A DNA stretch of 64,000 bases from Laetmonice hystrix (taxonomy: Eukaryota): NCBI GenBank assembly GCA_965235115.1, contig OZ249436.1, forward strand, positions 44,084,001 to 44,148,000. Reading direction: 5' to 3'. Shown one piece after another: positions 1 to 12,500 of the stretch. Positions within the stretch are counted from its first letter, which is position 1. Each line of letters begins with the position of its first letter. The position numbers and the translations under genes were made by a program. The notes beneath the pieces were generated by a model. It did no database searches and was not told where the DNA came from. It saw nothing but the letters and a program-made list of their open reading frames with translations.

Positions 1-288
1 GTGTCCAACATATGAGTAGTAAGTTCTTCACGTTTGTCCATTCTGTCAACGGTCAATTATAAAGATTATACCATCATAATTCAACAAAACAGTATTTTCT
101 GCCTCCTATGGAGCATTTTAAAGATACTTTTATAGGTCATAAATAGGGGCAGGTCATGATTCAAACCGGAAATATCGTGTATTTATAGTAACGTGCAGAA
201 AGATTGTCGATGAAATATCAAATAACAAAATGTGTGCGGCTAGGTCGGATATAACTGTTAGGGTTAGTCCATGTTTATGGTTGGGTAC

Positions 289-574
289 CTGAAGAAGCTG
301 TAGGTTCCGGGACTGTAGAGATCGGTTGTGATGGTCATAGAAGGCAGGTCGGACGGTACTGGTTTGATCATAGTGCACGCCATAGCGAACGCTATGAACA
401 CACACGGCATGATGATGAGGGAGAAGTAGGACCGTAGATCTCGACGGTTATGGTGGAAACGTTTGGTAAGTAAGGCCCAGAACTGACGAGCCTTGAGGGT
501 TGGTCCTCGGGTCGGGTGGTCACCACACAGTCGGCCGTGGGCAGCGTCCATGTTCACTGCCACGTTCTCAAGGT
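289..574 (-). CDS. ABCA: ABCA exon: linker, first TM of second half, start of ECD2
   Basis: ttgcag| ...[35 protein letters not shown]... |gtaccc; phase 1 start. Confidence 0.92.
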
Positions 575-3500
575 CTGCAAAACATACATTCAGATTTATG
601 TCTATTCATATTCAGCTACGACACACACTGTCATTATGGTCACCTCAAGGGGTTCACACATGTTTATAATCTAAAACTTTGGATTGCTGCCCCGCCCTCA
701 ACTCACCACCAACTGATGGTAAGTCGTACCCACGCTCCTACTGGTGTGACGGTGTGAACTGGTAGTGACCCCCCTCACTCACCACTGGTGTGATGGTGTG
801 AACTGGTAGTGACCCCCCTCACTCACCACTGGTGTGACGGTGTGAACTAGTAGTGACCCCCCTCACTCACCACTGGTGTGACGGTGTGAACTAGTAGTGA
901 CCCCCCTCACTCACCACTGGTGTGACGGTGTGAACTGGTAGTGACCCCCCTCACTCACCACTGGTGTGACGGTGTGAACTGGTAGTGACCCCCCTCACTC
1001 ACCACTGGTGTGACGGTGTGAACTAGTAGTGACCCCCTCACTCACCACTGGTGTGACGGTGTGAACTGGTAGTGATCCCCCTCACTCACCACTGGTGTGA
1101 CGGTGTGAACTGGTAGTGACCCCCCTCACTCACCACTGGTAGTGACCCCCCTCACTCACCACTGGTGTGACGGTGTGAACTGGTAGTGACCCCCCTCACT
1201 CACCACTGGTGTGACGGTGTGAACTAGTAGTGACCCCCCTCACTCACCACTGGTGTGACGGTGTGAACTGGTAGTGACCCCCCTCACTCACCACTGGTGT
1301 GACGGTGTGAACTGGTAGTGACCCCCCTCACTCACCACTGGTGTGACGGTGTGAACTGGTAGTGACCCCCCCCTCACTCACCACTGGTGTGACGGTGTGA
1401 ACTGGTAGTGACCCCCCCCTCACTCACCACTGGTGTGACGTTGTGAACTAGTAGTGACCCCCTCACTCACCACTGGTGTGACGGTGTGAACTAGTAGTGA
1501 CCCCCCTCACTCACCACTGGTGTGACGGTGTGAACTAGTAGTGACCCCCCTCACTCACCACTAGTGTGACGATGTGAACTGGTAGTGACCCCCCTCACTC
1601 ACCACTGGTGTGACGGTGTGAACTGGTAGTGACCCCCCTCACTCACCACTGGTGTGACGGTGTGAACTGGTAGTGACCCCCCCCCCCCCTCACTCACCAC
1701 TGGTGTGACGGTGTGAACTGGTAGTGACCCCCCTCACTCACCACTGGTGTGACGGTGTGAACTGGTAGTGACCCCCCTCACTCACCACTGGTGTGACGAT
1801 GTGAACTGGTAGTGACCCCCCTCACTCACCACTGGTGTGACGGTGTGAACTGGTAGTGACCCCTCTCACTCACCACTGGTAGTGACCCCCTCACTCACCA
1901 CTGGTAGTGACCCCCCTCACTCACCACTGGTGTGACGGTGTGAACTGGTAGTGACCCCCCCCCCTCACTCACCACTGGTGTGACGGTGTGAACTGGTAGT
2001 GACCCCCCTCACTCACCACTGGCGTGACGGTGTGAACTGGTAGTGACCCCCCTCACTCACCACTGGTGTGACGGTGTGAACTGGTAGTGACCCCCCCTCA
2101 CTCACCACTGGTGTGACGGTGTGAACTGGTAGTGACCCCCCTCACTCACCACTGGTGTGACGGTGTGAACTGGTAGTGACCCCCCCTCACTCACCACTGG
2201 TGTGACGGTGTGAACTGGTAGTGATCCCCCTCACTCACCACTGGTGTGACCCCCCTCACTCACCACTGGTGTGACGATGTGAACTAGTAGTGACCCCCCT
2301 CACTCACCACTGGTGTGACGGTGTGAACTGGTAGTGACCCCCCTCACTCACCACTGGTGTGACGATGTGAACTGGTAGTGACCCCCCTCACTCACCACTG
2401 GTGTGACGGTGTGAACTGGTAGTGACCCCTCTCACTCACCACTGGTGTGACGGTGTGAACTGGTAGTGACCCCCCTCACTCACCACTGGTGTGACGGTGT
2501 GAACTGGTAGTGACCCCCCTCACTCACCACTGGTGTGACGGTGTGAACTGGTAGTGACCCCCCTCACTCACCACTGGTGTGACCCCCTCACTCACCACTG
2601 GTGTGACGGTGTGAACTAGTAGTGACCCCCCTCACTCACCACGGTGTGAACTGGTAGTGACCCCCCTCACTCACCACTGGTGTGACGGTGTGAACTGGTA
2701 GTGACCCCCCTCACTCACCACTGGTGTGACGGTGTGAACTAGTAGTGACCCCTCACTCACCACTGGTGTGACGATGTGAACTGGTAGTGACCCCCCTCAC
2801 TCACCACTGGTGTGACCCCCCTCACTCACCAATGGTGTGACGGTGTGAACTGGTAGTGACCTCCCTCACTCACCACTGGTGTGACGGTGTGAACTGGTAG
2901 TGACCCCCCCCCCCTCACTCACCACTGGTGTGACGGTGTGAACTGGTAGTGACCCCCCTCACTCACCACTGGTGTGACCCCCCCCCCCTCACTCACCACT
3001 GGTGTGACGGTGTGAACTGGTAGTGACCTCCCTCACTCACCACTGGTGTGACGGTGTGAACTAGTAGTGACCTCCCTCACTCACCACTGGTGTGACGGTG
3101 TGAACTGGTAGCCACGGTCCCATTACTCGCCGCCCCGTGGTCGATCCGTTCAGCACTCTCCTCACTCTCGCTCCGTATCAGCGTCCATTCTCGGATCTTG
3201 TCGGGGTCAAGGGGTTGACCCCGCTCGGCAAACAGGGTCAGTTTCAGGAATACCTTCAAACACAAACAAACTTTCAAACTTTCCAGTCCCACAGATATTG
3301 TATTTATAGCACCGAAAGGCGCAACTTTAATGGAAAGGCTGGAGATTCCCCACCATAGAACCCCAGTATGTGCGTCAAGGTGGGTGATTATGGGTGATAG
3401 TTGTACCCCTCCACGACCTACCTCCTCCAGGGTGGATTCAGAGACGCCGTATTTGTCGATGTGGAGGTTGGCCCGGTTCCGGTCTAGGTCATTGAACAAG

Positions 3501-6500
3501 TCTTTGAACGCCTGCACTTGCCCATGCGCAGTGGGTAGCATAAACGTCATTTCCGTTCCGATCTCCTCGACCAATTGAACGCCGGGCAAGTGTCGACGGA
3601 TAAACTCTAACACGGCCGTAGATTTACAGGAATCTTTGATTGGAGAAAATGGTCGGCAGTTAGAAAAACAATAAAAACTGAGAGAATAACCGGGTAAAGA
3701 ATGCGAGTGAATCGAAAGGCTTACAGTTCCTGTAACATGTCAAACATGAAACCATGAAATATTTATCTTCCGTGTTGTTTCTTACCGGAGTTCGTTGTTT
3801 GGGGTCCTTGGTTTGCCTGGAAATACAACAATAAGTTTAAATGAACCGTCATCATTTACTTGATATGAAACATTAGTCCATCACAATGTGCAGTGCTCTA
3901 TAAACACGTCATACGTACGGGTTTGGGTGGAGTTTTGGCGATGGTCAGATTGTAGCCGCTACCAAACTCCGACTTGAGGAACATTGGGGAACCGCTGCAC
4001 ACCAGTTTACCCTGGAGTTTGGAGAAAAGATAGGTTGGAGCGAGGCTCTACAACTTTACCCTCAAACACAGTCACTCGTGCATCTTTAGAAAAGTCAATT
4101 TCTACCTTGGGCTACATAAGGAGCTAAAACTACATCAGGAGCTAAAACTACATAAGGAGCTAAAACGAAGGTCTCCACAGCATAGCAATGCATTTTAAAG
4201 TAAAGGTTAACTGGCAAAATGTTCTAAAATTAGCATTTTTAAAACCCCTTCTGTGGTCATCAACTGACCTGTTCTACAACACCTTCAACGTTTATTAGAA
4301 GTTATGTTAAAAGTGCTTTCACATGCATACGGTGTGCGTCGTGCGGCATGCGTTTTTGCAAATAATGTAACAAATGTAAATCGCCGCATGTGAACGGTTA
4401 TATCTATTTTCAGTTGTTCCATTTTTGCAAAAACGCGGGCCGCATGCCGCACCCATGTGAAAGCATCTTAAAGCCGCTTTCACATGCACACGGTTTGCGG
4501 CGTGTGGCGTGCGTTTTTGCAGAAATGAAACAACTGAAAATAGATATAACCGTTCACATGCCACCGGTTTGCGGTGTGCGGCGATTTACATTGGCTACAT
4601 TATTAACAAAAACGCATGCCGCATGCCGCAGGCCGCAAACCGTATGCATGTGAAAGCACCTTAACAAGTAGACTGTAGCAGGACAGGACTGAGGTAAGAC
4701 GAGACGTTTGAAGTCAGTGTGTGAACACTCACATGATGGACTATCACTATCCTGTCACCGATGATCTCAGCCTCATCTAGGTGGTGTGTACTCAGGACAA
4801 TGGTACGACCTGTAAATCAACCACGACCCAACACCTTACTTTAGGTCGTCATGTTAGGGTAGGTACCTTGTAAGGTCTGTCTGAAACCATTGGTGATCTG
4901 ACACTAGGCCGGGCAGCCTATCAATGTGTAACTTTCGCTACGTAGGGGAGTATTCACACAATACAATTAGTAAGATATTGGGGAAAAATAGCGGTGTACC
5001 AACTGATAGCTTCATATCTGACAGGTGGGATACTGGGATTTATTGTGACAGGCGGGATACTGGGATTTATTGTGACAGGCGGGATACTGGGATTTATTGT
5101 GACAGGTGGGATACTGGGATTTATTGTGACAGGTGGGATACTGGGATTTATTGTGACAGGCGGGATACTGGGATTTATTGTGACAGGCGGGATACTGGGA
5201 TTTATTGTGACAGGTGGGATACTGGGATTTATTGTGACAGGTGGGATACTGGGATTTATTGTGACAGGTGGGATACTGGGATTTATTGTGACAGGTGGGA
5301 TACTGGGATTTATTGTGACAGGTGGGATACTGGGATTTATTGTGACAGGTGGGATACTGGGATTTATTGTGACAGGTGGGATACTGGGATTTATTGTGAC
5401 AGGCGGGATACTGGGATTTATTGTGACAGGCGGGATACTGGGATTTATTGTGACAGGCGGGATACTGGGATTTATTGTGACAGGCGGGATACTGGGATTT
5501 ATTGTGACAGGCGGGATACTGGGATTTATTGTGACAGGCGGGATACTGGGATTTATTGTGACAGGTGGGATACGGGGATTTATTGTGACAGGTGGGATAC
5601 TGGGATTTATTGTGACAGGCGGGATACTGGGATTTATTGTGACAGGCGGGATACTGGGATTTATTGTGACAGGCGGGATACTGGGATTTATTGTGACAGG
5701 CGGGATACTGGGATTTATTGTGACAGGCGGGATACTGGGATTTATTGTGACAGGTGGGATACGGGGATTTATTGTGACAGGCGGGATACGGGGATTTATT
5801 GTGACAGGCGGGATACGGGGATTTATTGTGACAGGCGGGATACGGGGATTTATTGTGACAGGCGGGATACTGGGATTTATTGTGACAGGCGGGATACTGG
5901 GATTTATTGTGACAGGTGGGATACTGGGATTTATTGTGACAGGTTTAAAAAAAAGTCAATTCCATGGTTTGCCGATAACCAGGTTACAACTTCGGGTTGT
6001 TTGTCTTCCGGCAATTAAATCACTGCGCCAAGTTTAATTAACTACCAGTTGTGACATAGGGCTACGTGTATTAACCCTCCTTTCTTCCCAACTCCGGGAC
6101 ATATAAGGTATGTTTCCCCTCATTGGCCCCCTATGCAGGCAGGGAAAACCCCATGCGAGACGGACGAACTTTTGGCCTACTTTGGCGATGTTCGATGATG
6201 AGATCCCAGATGAGTCTCCGAGCGGCTGGGTCGACCCCGCTAGTTGGTTCGTCGAGGATCACAACACGTGACCCGCCGATAAACGCCAGACCCACCGATA
6301 GACGGCGCCGTTGTCCTCCCGACAGTTCCGATACCCGAGTGTGTCTCTCTGAGACTAGTCCGATCTTAGAGAGCATACTGTAAGGAGCAACAAGAGGAAC
6401 TCCTCCGTAACAGTTGGTAGTGACTAAGACAAGAGAAACTCCTCTATAACAGTTGGTAGTGACTGAGACAAGAGGAACTCCTCCGTAACAGTTGGTAGTG

Positions 6501-9500
6501 ACTAAGACAAGAGAAACTCCTCCGTAACAGTTGGTAGTGACTAAGACAAGAGAAACTCCTCCGTAACATTTGGTAGTGACTAAGACAAGAGAAACTCCTC
6601 CGTAACAGTTGGTAGTGACTAAGACAAGAGAAACTCCTCTATAACAGTTGGTAGTGACTGAGACAAGAGGAACTCCTCCGTAACATTTGGTAGTGACTAA
6701 GACAAGAGAAACTCCTCCGTAACATTTGGTAGTGACTAAGACAAGAGAAACTCCTCCGTAACATTTGGTGGTGACTAAGACAAGAGGAACGCCTCTATAA
6801 CATTTGGTGGTGACTCCGAACTAACAAAATATTCCGAGCTCGAAACGCAATCCTAACCTAACTTCGCTTCCAATAGGGCCCTATACATGACCAGAAATTT
6901 CTCTCAATTCCCAGCCCTGCTTCTGCCCCCATACCCGCAAAATGTCTTCGTATTCTGAGCCTTACTTTCGGCCCCTATGCCCCGAATTTCCCACCCTATT
7001 AACCTGAATTACTTCGGTCCCTATATAGATCCCTCAAAATGTCTTCACATTCTTAGCCCTACTTCCGGTCGCTATGCCCCGAATTTCCTACCCTAACATT
7101 AATTACTTCGGTCCCTATATAGATCCCTCAAAATGTCTTCACATTCTTAGTCCTACTTACGGCCGCTATGCCCCGAAATTCGAGAGTCTGTTACCATGGA
7201 TAAATAATACACCAAAGTCAAGATTTAAAATGAAGGGTCACATGAAAGGCAATGTTACATGGATCTGACTGACCTCTGAACTTCGACCTTTGAATCTTTC
7301 GCCTTCGACCCTTTGACCTTGGAGAAGAACTCGAGATGTTCTCTAACAGTCATGTGATCAAAGAGAACATCATGTTGTGGACAGAATCCGAGGGTTGTGT
7401 GGATGTGAGAATTGTCCGCAAGGATGTCCCAGCCCGACACGTGAGCAGTGCCTGACGTCGGTGGGAAGATACCGGTCAACATGTGGCTGCAACAAGGTCA
7501 CATCAAGGTCAGACATGATTAACAAACAAAAAGATCACACTTATAGCACATGATTGATAACAAATGCAGGATGTTTTTATTTCTCAGTTTCTCAGGTAAT
7601 GATGACCTTGGTAGAAGCTATTTCTCAGTTTCTCAGGTAATGACCTTGTTCAAACCAAGGTCATTAACTTAGAAACTAATTTATCATATCAGCTACAGCA
7701 GGCATTTCTACCTTCATTCTGCTATCGCTCCCAATGTTAGAATAATTATTAATTAATTTAGATCTACTAGATTGATGAGAGTTAAGAAGAAACCTGACTA
7801 GGTCTCTTACATCGTGGTAGTTTTCCCGGCGCCATTGTGACCGAGGAAGGCAGTGATTTGATCCTGGTAGAAGTTGACGGTAAGGTCGGCCACTACCGGC
7901 CGTTTGGAGCGGCTGTAGGTCTTGGAGAGGTTGTGGAGGGCCACACCTATCGGCAGCTCCTGGGGGTCCTGCTCTCCGGGACCTGAGGTAGTAACGGGAC
8001 CTGTGGTTAGCGCTGGGCGCACAGCGGGAGGGGGGGCGGGGGTCCGGGCGGCGAATGTTTCCCCTCAAACGACATAGCAACAGGTAAGATTTAGAGGCTT
8101 CTGATTGGCTGCAGGATCAAAGTAAAAGAAAACCCCTCCCCTCCTTCCACCCTAGATGTACGCCCGTCGGTTAGGGTTAAGGTAAGGTTAGGGTTAGCTC
8201 TTTTTTAATTAACCCCACTTGGGCGCTTTCTGTTAGCCTGGTCCCCGGTGCCTACCATACGCATCCGCTATGTTAGGCCCGGTGATGGCTAACAGAAAGC
8301 TGTAAAACGGAAGTGGTTATCTCCAAGCACTTCCGCCTCGGAGCTAATCACTTCCGCCTCCGGTCAGCGTTAACAGAGTGATTGACTTCTGCTTGGAGCG
8401 TGGCCGGGAGTGGCCAACATGCATGTGCGTATGCAGACCATAGCAGGTATGGGAACTGATGACGCTATGTTTACATCCAGAAAAGCGAGGACATTGAACA
8501 CTTGTATTGTAAAGTGATTGAAGGAAATATCTGTATCTTGTTGGAGAAATACGGAAGGTACGGAACTACCTCATTTGAGGCCAATGTTTTCGATGGACCA
8601 ATCACAACGCTTGCTTCGATTGGCCATCACCAGGCTGTATATACGTAGTGTTTAGACCGGGCACCAGGCTACGGATGGTTTGTCGTTCGGGCAGGGGCAA
8701 AACTTCGCGTCCGGGTGGGCACGTAGTCAGGAGTTTGGAGGGGGTTGCTTATGTACTGAAGGATGTTGGGATTTGATGAAATACGGTATTTAAGGAGGGG
8801 GGGGGGTTAGCCCCCTTCTCCAAGACACCCCATTGCTACGGGCCCGGGTCGGGTCCAAAAGGCGGCGATTAGTTGTGCGGATTTATTACAATTGCATACT
8901 TTATGGCCACAGATATAAAGGAAGGTTCGTATCGTACTCAAGGGGGGTTTAGGGGGGCAATATGGAGCTTGGGCGCCCATGATAATGGTTGAATGCAAGT
9001 AAGAATGTTTTTTTTTAACTTCTTACCCACCTCGCTTGAGCAGCAGAAAGGTATGTGTGCACGTTTCTATAGAGACCGAAACCAATTTAGAAAGAAAAGT
9101 AAGACAGTTTAAAAAAAGACGTAAAAAAACAGCTCCAATGTCACGAGTCTTGCATTCACCAAGTAACTAATAGCCAGGATTAATAACGGTAAACAAACAC
9201 TTGTCAATTAGGCTTCGGGGTGATAAAGGTGCAATTAACAAACATGTCATTGACAATGGAGGCCGACCTAACTTATAGATCTAATCGTGGCAATCAAAGT
9301 CATGGTGTAAAGCAACTTTGGAGGAACATAACGAGCTCAAATTCAGAGGTTGACCTATCGAACTATACAAGGTCTGTAATTGACCTGCACCCAGTAGACC
9401 TAATAATATAAGGATTTCTACAGGTTTTGCACCGATGGCAAAAATGACCGAAATGACAGTGAAAGTCAGACATCGAACAACTGCTGGTAAATAAACACAG

Positions 9501-12500
9501 CGACTCGACAGCGCTGCCTATTTATGTGCCGTGACAAAGCCATAGTAGGATATAGGCTAAGATCATAAATGATATTCGAAAATCCCGATTTGAATCCCGA
9601 GAAAAAGTTGTTGGTCAGACAGCGAGGATCACGAGTAGGACACTGTTTGCGGTGTTACCATGCACATAGGCCGGTAGAGGGCGTCGCGTCTTCCATCGCT
9701 CATGTAACCTCGTTATGAATGTTGAAGTGATAAACGTCAAACTGAGGCTGATCTCTGGGTTAGCTTGCGTGAAGAAACGAGCAACGGGTTAAAGTATTTC
9801 TCATGACTATCGGGAATTTTGGCAAACAATATAAAACCGTATGATTCCCACGTTCTAAAGTTACCTGACACTTTATTGCAATATCTCTATCATTTATTAA
9901 TTATTTCAGCTATGGCTCACATTCAGCATCCTTGATACCCAAATAGGACTATGGTAAATAAAAGTCTTGATACTTGGCATCATACCTACAACTGAAGAGC
10001 GCAACTTATTTCCGAGGATAAATAATAAATAATTTCCGAGGATACAATAAAGATTAAGCGTACTGAACTAAGGGCGAAATGACTATACGAATATCCAGAT
10101 ACTAATAAGTCGGCCTATAATGTACAAAGTCCCGGCAAAGTTGACCAAAACAATAATCATTATCATTAATATTTACCCAGATCCCCACATGCTCAAAGAT
10201 TATAATAACCCAAGTACCTGACTTTAATTGAACCATGTGGGACAGCAGCTGCTCTCAAAGCCCACTTGGAAAGAATAGAGGAATAAACAGTTATACAGAC
10301 AGAAGACCTCACCCTCTGAATCCAGATTTGTCACAACCAAGGGGAGAATTTACAGTAGGAATGAACTCTATACCGATTGTGACTTCCTTGTAAAAACCCC
10401 CAGCCCTTTCGGGAAGGTCTCGCAATGGTACGGGAAAAAGTCATACTTCCACCTCGTCGTACACGGCTAATCATGGGTGACATCTACTCGGGGTGGACGC
10501 GCTTTGAGAGCTCATGTTTGGAACGTATAGCAGTTCACAACAATTCAACACACACACACACAAAGGACCAATCAAACAGAAAATAAAAACATGTCTACAA
10601 TATGTATCGTGAATCTTGGTTGTGGTCATAACGAAAGTGAAGGTGACCTTAGACAGATGTGTGATCCATGTTTATACGTGTGGCGTAGCCCTGGGTGTAT
10701 GTACATAGGGTTGAAAAGTAACCAGGCCCTCACGTTCTACTTTGTCAACTTTCTTTTTCTGCCAGTATTATTCCCACACTAATGTTCCTAAAGCTATCCT
10801 GTCACAGCTGCCGTCTTTGAGTTTTCCCCAATATTTTCTTAAAGCTATCCTGTCACAGCTGCCGCGGCTCTTGAGTTTTCCCCAATATTTTCCTAAAGCT
10901 ATTCTGTCACAGCTGCCGGCTTTGAGTTTTCCCCAATATTTCCCTAAAGCTATCCTGTCACAGCTGCGGCGGCTCTCGAGTTTTCCTCAATATTTTCCTA
11001 AAGCTGTCCTGTCACAGCTTCCGGCTCTTGAGTTTTCCCCAATATTTTCCTAAAGCTATCCTGTCACAGCTGCCGGCTTTGAGTTTTCCCCAATATTTTC
11101 CTAAAGCTATCCTGTCACAGCTGCCGGCTTTGAGTTTTCCCCAATATTTTCCTAAAGCTATCCTGTCACAGCTGCCGGCTTTGAGTTTTCCCCAATATTT
11201 TCCTAAAGCTATCCTGTCACAGCTGCCGGCTCTTGAGTTTTCCCCAATATTTCCCTAAAGCTATCCTGTCACAGCTGCCGGCTCTTGAGTTTTCCCCAAT
11301 ATTTTCCTAAAGCTATCCTGTCACAGTCTGCCGGCTCTTGAGTTTTCCCCAATATTTTCCTAAAGCTATCCTGTCACAGCTGCCGGCTTTGAGTTTTCCC
11401 CAATATTTTCCTAAAGCTATCCTGTCACAGCTGCCTGCTTTGAGTTTTCCCCAATATTTTCCTAAAGCTATCCTGTCACAACTGCCGGCTTTGAGTTTTC
11501 CCCAATATTGTCCTAAAGCTATCCTGTCACAGTCTGCCGGCTTTGAGTTTTCCCCAATATTTTCCTAAAGCTATCCTGTCACAGCTGCCGGCTTTGAGTT
11601 TTCCCCAATATTGTCCTAAAGCTATCCTGTCACAGTCTGCCGGCTCTTGAGTTTTCCCCAATATTTTCCTAAAGCTATTCTGTCACAGCTGCCGGAGTTT
11701 TCCCAAATATTTGCGACCAAATCTAACTGTTATTTACGGATGGAAACATTCCTAGGAGAAAAAGTTTTCGTTTTTACCCCATAAATACTAGAGTAATGTT
11801 ATAAGTAGTGTTTACATATAATAAAAAGGTTTTGCACCGGTATTCACTCCAAATCTAGAAAAAGGATGAAGATTCCAAACGGCAAAAAAGTAATGAAAAG
11901 AAAGCAAACTCTTCTGAAATGTGGTATGGTGAGAATTGTCACGGCAAAGAAACGATGCAAGCTATTGTGTAGGTGTAAAAGCGTGGGAATTATTGACTGC
12001 GAAGAAAAAGATGCCGACTAAAGACATGAAGGGGTAATTTTTTTTCAACTACCTGCCAGTAGAACGGGGTCGGCGTTGACTACCTCGCCAGCAGGTAGAC
12101 GAGGTTTGACTGCGCGGGTTGAACAGGAACATTAACAACACGCAATACCCGTCACCTTGCTTATAACACAATGTATGGATAAACCATTCTATCTCGGGTC
12201 TATCTTTCTCTTCCCCCTCGTTCTCTCTCTCGTTATATATATCTCTCGTTATCTCTCTCCCTCTCATTCTCTTTCGTTATCTCTCTCATTCTCTTTCGTT
12301 ATCTCTCTTTATGTATATCTCTCTTTCTCTCTCGATATCTGCTCTCTCTGTCTCTCATTTAGAAGTCATAAATATAATATGTTATATAAATACTATATAT
12401 GACTGAGTATATGTCACTGATCAGGATATACAACCCTCTGTTAGATGTGTTTACTCATTCACCGACTTGATTATCTCACAGATGTCTATGATTAATCTAA

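Noticed and set aside
4924..6037. 364-aa (DRRDTGIYC)n and 347-aa (GGILGFIVT)n ORFs
   Set aside because: 27-bp minisatellite open in two frames, antisense within an intron; no independent coding evidence.
8169..8197. TTAGGG-like telomeric motif
   Set aside because: Only a few degenerate units; not a telomere array.
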